A stretch of DNA of 64,000 nt, from positions 123,194,001-123,258,000 of the forward strand of contig OX597815.1 of assembly GCA_951406725.2 (NCBI GenBank), written 5' to 3'. Numbering within the stretch: the first letter of the stretch is position 1; every line of letters begins with the position of its first letter. The stretch is from Octopus vulgaris (lineage: Eukaryota). Made by a program: the position numbers and the translations under genes. A model generated the notes under the pieces. The model made no database searches and was not told the origin of the DNA. It saw only the letters and a list, made by a program, of their open reading frames with translations. Below, in pieces: positions 63,167-64,000 of the stretch.

Positions 63167-64000
63167 GTCGGGAAAGTCCAGATGAAGAAAGAGAGTTAGA
63201 AGGTCTTGGTGCTGTTGGTGGTGTTTCAAGTCACCGACATCGAAGGTCCCATGGGGCCGACAGAGTTACATTCAAAGCAAGTAAAAGTGCAGACTTTTTA
63301 AAGAAATCACCAACAAGTAAAAGTCCAGTAACACCAGGCTTGGCTGATATTGGTCCTGATGGTAACCCAGATGGCTTTAAATTGTTGAACGTGCCAAGAC
63401 AACGTCTCTCAGCCACGTTTAAGCAAGCACAAGGAAAGGTTACTGCTATGCTTTCAGCATTGGATCATCATTCTAAATCAAGATTCATACATCCTTTCCA
63501 AGAGAATACTTTTAAGAATTTTCCTGCTTATGATCCGACACCATTAAAGCCAGTTTCTCAGTCCATCCTGACTTCTGATATATCTGATTTGGGTTTTAAC
63601 AGTCCTGGGGAAGAGGAACACAGTTGTAGAAACAGCAATAATATTTTAGAGAGTTTGTCTACTTCTAAAGATTCTGGTATCATGGATTCTCCACAAAGTG
63701 AACCCAGCAAAATAAATGAATACATGAGTCCTTCACCTGTTAGAGGAGCAACATCAGCTTCAATCCCAACATGTGAGGTTGATTTGAGGTTATCAGAACA
63801 ACAAAATTCCAGACTAGATGAACAAAGATTATCTGCTGCCTTGCGTGTGTTTGATCCCCTTGTTAGCAGCAACAGCAATCAAGAAGACAGTGGTGGTAGT
63901 AGTAGTAGCAGCACTGGGGCTATAGCCCCCAGCTTTAATGCTGAAGTAGCTGGAACCTCTTTACCAGAAAACTCAGTTGCTAATTGGAGTTCTCAGTTGA
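63167..64000 (+). CDS. GAPVD1: GAPVD1 coding exon 10, partial (GRESPDEERELEG... Ser/Pro-rich linker), runs off the window
   Basis: tttttaag|GT, phase 1. The frame from 63169 has no stop to 64000 (277 codons), which is unusual in this AT-rich DNA. Confidence 0.85.

Noticed and set aside
63231-63878. Minus-strand ORFs 63231-63416 and 63558-63878
   Set aside because: They are antisense shadows of GAPVD1 exon 10.

Overview
AT-rich eukaryotic (animal) genomic DNA. The repeat set (RTE, CR1/L2-like, Dong/R4 and Penelope-like retroelements, tRNA-derived SINEs, very long TA/TG microsatellites) looks like a coleoid cephalopod such as Octopus; that is an inference. There is one host gene on the + strand, GAPVD1 (RME-6/Gapex-5). 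I reconstructed 10 coding exons from ATG 25527 to the window end, about 1064 codons, all with phase-compatible GT-AG junctions. The N-terminal RasGAP-like region is present; the VPS9 domain lies beyond 64000. Everything else is intron or upstream DNA packed with transposons, including a near-intact DD34D mariner, a dead DD37D maT element, three 5'-truncated CR1/L2-like LINEs nested in (TA)n arrays, a mariner MITE and probable Helitron ends. Most long ORFs in the track are microsatellite translation artefacts. The most interesting non-obvious signals are all RNA-level: (1) hammerhead-ribozyme-like motifs in Penelope-like terminal repeats, one directly behind a tRNA-like Pol III module; (2) one SINE head carrying either of two LINE-derived tails, with both partner LINEs in the window; (3) arrays of a conserved hairpin motif in RTE 3' UTRs; (4) several long fold-back palindromes. 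I found no CRISPR array or prokaryotic system. Repeat boundaries are approximate; exon and TIR boundaries were read base by base.
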